From positions 103,585,442-103,623,922 of the forward strand of contig NC_068981.1 in the NCBI RefSeq assembly GCF_001194135.2: a stretch of DNA of 38,481 nucleotides, read 5' to 3'. The notes beneath the pieces are model-generated. The model did no database searches. It was not told the DNA's origin and was given only the letters and a program-made list of their open reading frames with translations. Each line of letters begins with the position of its first letter. The first letter of the stretch is position 1. This DNA comes from Octopus bimaculoides (lineage: Eukaryota). Position numbers and translations under genes: made by a program. Below, piece after piece: positions 33,881 through 38,481 of the stretch.

Positions 33881-34593
33881 ATATATGTGTGTGTGTATAA
33901 ATGCTATGAAATGTCAAGACTATGCTAACATAGCGGCACCCTTAGGAGCCGAGTCAATTTCTGTTTTCCCGTTATCCGACAACGACCAGGTCCCAATGTT
34001 GTTTGATTTAAGAGGTCCAACCTACACTACTCAAATATTGGAGTTGATATAATCGATCGCCTGCCCACCTCACCCCACCACTTGGCAGAATAGAAGCCTT
34101 GTGTCCAGTTAATGAATCAATTGAAATACTGATTACTGCATATACATTATTCTACTATTCTAACGAAATAGAATGAGACATTGGTTAGGTGGCCTTAACA
34201 TAGAGAGATTTATTGTATTCCATGTAATTACCATTATGCTAGAGCGCTTGAAACGACAAAAAAAGAAAATTATTATTAGAATTTATGTAAATGTAACTAA
34301 CAGCAGTCCCCAAAATTAGTTGTGCTTCATGATTTATTCTCGTAGACTATGATAATTTATTGTAGCTGAGTAGAAAAAAAAATTCAACAAATAATTCACG
34401 GTTAATTATGTCTGAAATACGATTCAATGTGAAACATATACTAATCTTGCAAACGCAAACAATTCTAGTTGTGCGTGTTTATACATGTATTTGCATGTGT
34501 GAATGTATGTGCAAGAATACATGTGTATGAGTATATGTGTTGTGAGTTCCACACATGTATTTATAAACGCCAGCATGAGTGTGTGTGAGTGTA

Positions 34594-34628
<35 letters not shown>

Positions 34629-34810
34629 AGGTACGTCTGTATCTGTATCCATGTGTAGATAACAATTACATGTGGATATTTGATTGCATATATATCTAAA
34701 TACACTGTTTGATTTATTTACAGGCAGGCGTATTTGCGAGCGAGTATATAATATATCACTGTATATTCTGTTTTTTACGTATAGCTATTTGCGTACTATA
34801 TGTACAACAT

Positions 34811-34849
<39 letters not shown>

Positions 34850-34924
34850 ATTTATATGCATTTATAAGTATATTCACATGTATAAACACACATACATGTA
34901 TATTTATATATGTATGCAGGTATG

Positions 34925-34988
<64 letters not shown>

Positions 34989-36409
34989 NNNNNNNNNNNN
35001 NNNNNNNNNNNNNNNNNNNNNNNNNNNNNNNNNNNNNNNNNNNNNNNNNNNNNNNNNNNNNNNNNNNNNNNNNNNNNNNNNNNNNNNNNNNNNNNNNNNN
35101 NNNNNNNNNNNNNNNNNNNNNNNNNNNNNNNNNNNNNNNNNNNNNNNNNNNNNNNNNNNNNNNNNNNNNNNNNNNNNNNNNNNNNNNNNNNNNNNNNNNN
35201 NNNNNNNNNNNNNNNNNNNNNNNNNNNNNNNNNNNNNNNNNNNNNNNNNNNNNNNNNNNNNNNNNNNNNNNNNNNNNNNNNNNNNNNNNNNNNNNNNNNN
35301 NNNNNNNNNNNNNNNNNNNNNNNNNNNNNNNNNNNNNNNNNNNNNNNNNNNNNNNNNNNNNNNNNNNNNNNNNNNNNNNNNNNNNNNNNNNNNNNNNNNN
35401 NNNNNNNNNNNNNNNNNNNNNNNNNNNNNNNNNNNNNNNNNNNNNNNNNNNNNNNNNNNNNNNNNNNNNNNNNNNNNNNNNNNNNNNNNNNNNNNNNNNN
35501 NNNNNNNNNNNNNNNNNNNNNNNNNNNNNNNNNNNNNNNNNNNNNNNNNNNNNNNNNNNNNNNNNNNNNNNNNNNNNNNNNNNNNNNNNNNNNNNNNNNN
35601 NNNNNNNNNNNNNNNNNNNNNNNNNNNNNNNNNNNNNNNNNNNNNNNNNNNNNNNNNNNNNNNNNNNNNNNNNNNNNNNNNNNNNNNNNNNNNNNNNNNN
35701 NNNNNNNNNNNNNNNNNNNNNNNNNNNNNNNNNNNNNNNNNNNNNNNNNNNNNNNNNNNNNNNNNNNNNNNNNNNNNNNNNNNNNNNNNNNNNNNNNNNN
35801 NNNNNNNNNNNNNNNNNNNNNNNNNNNNNNNNNNNNNNNNNNNNNNNNNNNNNNNNNNNNNNNNNNNNNNNNNNNNNNNNNNNNNNNNNNNNNNNNNNNN
35901 NNNNNNNNNNNNNNNNNNNNNNNNNNNNNNNNNNNNNNNNNNNNNNNNNNNNNNNNNTGTGTGTGTGTGTGTGTGTGTGTATTGCATGCATTCCTACATA
36001 ATTATGCGGACTTGTGCACATAAATAAATCAAATATCAAGAGTCAATAACCTTCCCACGTCATCAATCTGGTGATCAATTTTACTGATTGTGAATGTCAG
36101 TCTATTTCTGTATGGGCGAAAGAGAGAGAGAGGGAGAGGAGAAGAAAAACGGAGAGAGGTTTGGGGGGGGGGACAGAGGGTGAGAGTTATGTGTGAGCAG
36201 AATACACAAAGATACAGCAGCCATTAAGATTCAGTTTAAATAATGGCAATAAGATGGAGAAAGATAATTTGAAATTCTTATAGCAACTCGTTTGAACACC
36301 TTGATAATATCATGACTAACAATTTCACTTTTGAGGAAAAATTTCTGAAAACCAAGGCTTACTTTGTGAGCGTATGCATCAAGATCGTGTGTGGAGGGAT
36401 ACACATATG

Positions 36410-36840
36410 CGGCGAGCTGTAGAGTCGTTAGTGAGTCAGAGAGAATGCTTAGCGGTGTTTCTTCCGGTTCTTTACAATCTGGATTTATATTTCGCAGACA
36501 TCAACTTTGTTCTTCCTCCTTATGCAGTCGACAAAATAAATACCAGTTGAACACTGAGGTCGATGTAAACGACTTCCCTTACTTGTTAAATATTGATGTC
36601 CTTATACAAAAATCAGAAAACGTTTTCAGCCAGTGAGTTGAAAGTATGTTTAGCACACCGGACAAAATACCTCAGCGGCGTTTCTTCCGGATTGATGTTC
36701 TGAGTTCAAATGCTGCCGAGGTCAACTCTGCCTTTTATTATTTTGTGATTGACAAATTAAGTACCAATTGAGCGCTGGGGTTGATGCAATCGACTAACCT
36801 CATCTCCAAAAATTTCAGGCCATGTACCTATAGTAGAAAT
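36410..36840 (+). mobile_element. Two tandem S1 SINE copies (~36410-36620, ~36640-36840)
   Basis: Both carry S1 blocks (..CTTAGCGG.GTTTCTTCCGG; TTCTGAGTTCAAATGCTGCCGAGGTC; AAGTACCA). Confidence 0.7.
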
Positions 36841-37409
36841 AATTATTATTGTTCTTNNNNNNNNNNNNNNNNNNNNNNNNNNNNNNNNNNNNNNNNNNNN
36901 NNNNNNNNNNNNNNNNNNNNNNNNNNNNNNNNNNNNNNNNNNNNNNNNNNNNNNNNNNNNNNNNNNNNNNNNNNNNNNNNNNNNNNNNNNNNNNNNNNNN
37001 NNNNNNNNNNNNNNNNNNNNNNNNNNNNNNNNNNNNNNNNNNNNNNNNNNNNNNNNNNNNNNNNNNNNNNNNNNNNNNNNNNNNNNNNNNNNNNNNNNNN
37101 NNNNNNNNNNNNNNNNNNNNNNNNNNNNNNNNNNNNNNNNNNNNNNNNNNNNNNNNNNNNNNNNNNNNNNNNNNNNNNNNNNNNNNNNNNNNNNNNNNNN
37201 NNNNNNNNNNNNNNNNNNNNNNNNNNNNNNNNNNNNNNNNNNNNNNNNNNNNNNNNNNNNNNNNNNNNNNNNNNNNNNNNNNNNNNNNNNNNNNNNNNNN
37301 NNNNNNNNNNNNNNNNNNNNNNNNNNNNNNNNNNNNNNNNNNNNNNGATGAGGATGATGATGATGATGATGAGGAGGAGGAGGAGGAGGAGGAGGAGGAT
37401 GTTTTTATT

Positions 37410-37620
37410 GTTTAGCTTGTGCCCGCAGTGATAGAACAGACTTATGATTAAAGACATTCCAGCCTTGGTCATCCCGTCTTTTCTGCGGGTGACAGGTGGC
37501 AGTGACGGTTATAGGAGACTATATATGATATGCTTTTTTTATTATGACAGTGCAGACTGTGAATTCAAGGGAAACTGGTTGCCATTTCTAGCAAATCGAA
37601 CGACCACGGCATCTATTTAT
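37410..37620 (-). repeat. Family R copy
   Basis: AGACTTATGATTAAAGACATTCCAGCCTTGGTCATCCCGTCTTTT...ATTTCTAGCAAATCGAACGACCACG. Confidence 0.6.
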
Positions 37621-37639
37621 CAATGAATGAATGAATGAA

Positions 37640-37920
37640 TCTATCTATTTGTGTGTGTGTGTGTGTATGTATAAACATATGTATATGTTTATATCTATGT
37701 GTGTGTGTCTGTGTCCGTGTTTGTCTTCCACCACCACTTGACAACCGGTGCTGGTGTGTTTCCTTCCCCGAAACCCAGTGGTTGAGCAAAAAAACTGATA
37801 GAATAAGTACCAGCCTGTAGAAAATAATTCCTGGGGTCGATTTGTTTGACTAAAATCCTTCAAGGTGTTGCCCTAGTATGGCCGCAGTCAATTGACTGGA
37901 ACAAGTAAAAGAAAGAGATA
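37640..37920 (+). mobile_element. CORE-type SINE 3' half with tail
   Basis: GACAACCGGTGCTGG...GATAGAATAAGTACCAG...TATGGCCGCAGTCAATTGACTGGAACAAGTAAAAGA. Confidence 0.75.
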
Positions 37921-38006
37921 CGTGCATACATGCATGTGTGAGTGTGTGTGTATGAGCATATGTGTTTGCCTGTATAAATACACATACACACACACACATT
38001 TATATA

Positions 38007-38043
<37 letters not shown>

Positions 38044-38154
38044 TGTTGTACTTGGGGATGGTCATATTGCCAGTTTAGCCAATAAAAACACACGCACTGT
38101 ATATTTGGTGTTAATTTGCTTCAGCTTTATATTACATTAATCTTAATCTTATTT

Positions 38155-38200
38155 CGGCCAGAGTTCTTTCGTCACACTTTTGTGACATCATCAGTGGTCC
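38155..38200 (-). ncRNA. Minimal type-I hammerhead motif, family D left arm
   Basis: Minus strand GGACCA-CTGATGA-T-GTCACA-AAAG-TGTGAC-GAAA-GAAC-TC-TGGCCG. Confidence 0.7.
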
Positions 38201-38363
38201 TTTGTTTCCTTCCTTCCTATGTGTGTCTCACCTTGCTAAATATCAGCCATTTTACTCCGGTCGTGTCGACTGGGATACTTCATGCCTCTACGGGTGGCGC
38301 TGCTCCATGTAAAATGGCTGATATTTAGCAAGGTGAGACACACATAAGAAGGAAGGAAACAAA

Positions 38364-38409
38364 CGACCACTGATGAGGTCACAGAAGTGTGACGAAAGAA
38401 CTCTGGCCG
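38364..38409 (+). ncRNA. Minimal type-I hammerhead motif, family D right arm
   Basis: CGACCA / CTGATGA 38370-76 / extra G / GTCACA-GAAG-TGTGAC / GAAA 38394-97 / 2-bp helix III with AA loop / CUC, predicted cleavage after 38403 / TGGCCG. Confidence 0.72.
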
Positions 38410-38481
38410 AAATAAGATTAAGATTAATGTAATATAAAGCTGAAGCAAATTAACACCAAATATACAGTGCGTGTTTTTATT

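Larger units (their letters stand above)
38042..38481. repeat. Long near-perfect inverted repeat (arms 38081-38255 and 38309 to beyond the window end; 53-bp spacer), family D
   Basis: The arms differ by 4 substitutions and one 2-bp indel over ~175 bp; mirrored ORFs 38116-38328 (+) and 38236-38448 (-) share a translation. Confidence 0.95.

Noticed and set aside
38116-38448. Mirrored 70-aa hydrophobic ORFs as a small protein pair
   Set aside because: A by-product of the inverted repeat in AT-rich sequence; starts are non-ATG and there is no family resemblance.

Overview
AT-rich eukaryotic (animal) non-coding DNA from a draft assembly, with about 4.7 kb of N gaps, most abutting microsatellites. 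The SINE and microsatellite content looks like an octopus (coleoid cephalopod) genome; this rests on my recognition of the repeats, not on a search. I find no supportable host protein-coding exon, rRNA, intact tRNA or CRISPR array. The long ORF-track entries are N-gap or microsatellite read-throughs. The window is a layered transposon graveyard. It holds several tRNA-derived SINE families and decayed non-LTR retrotransposons: two different R4/Dong lineages, Tx1/L1 5' and 3' pieces, a CR1/L2-type RT piece and an RTE 3' end. It also holds a Tc1 remnant, mariner ends, and a full-length but decayed DD37D (maT) element inserted precisely into an older Buster/Charlie-like hAT transposase. The most notable signal is not on the ORF track: four apparently unrelated short repeat families carry minimal type-I hammerhead ribozyme motifs (about 6.9-7.2 kb plus 21.8 kb, 7.6-8.1 kb, 22.6 kb, and 27.7 kb plus 38.1-38.5 kb). 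At three loci they sit as divergent head-to-head inverted pairs with short spacers, consistent with Penelope-like terminal repeats or retrozyme-like elements. All coordinates, alignments and translations were done by eye, and repeat boundaries are approximate.
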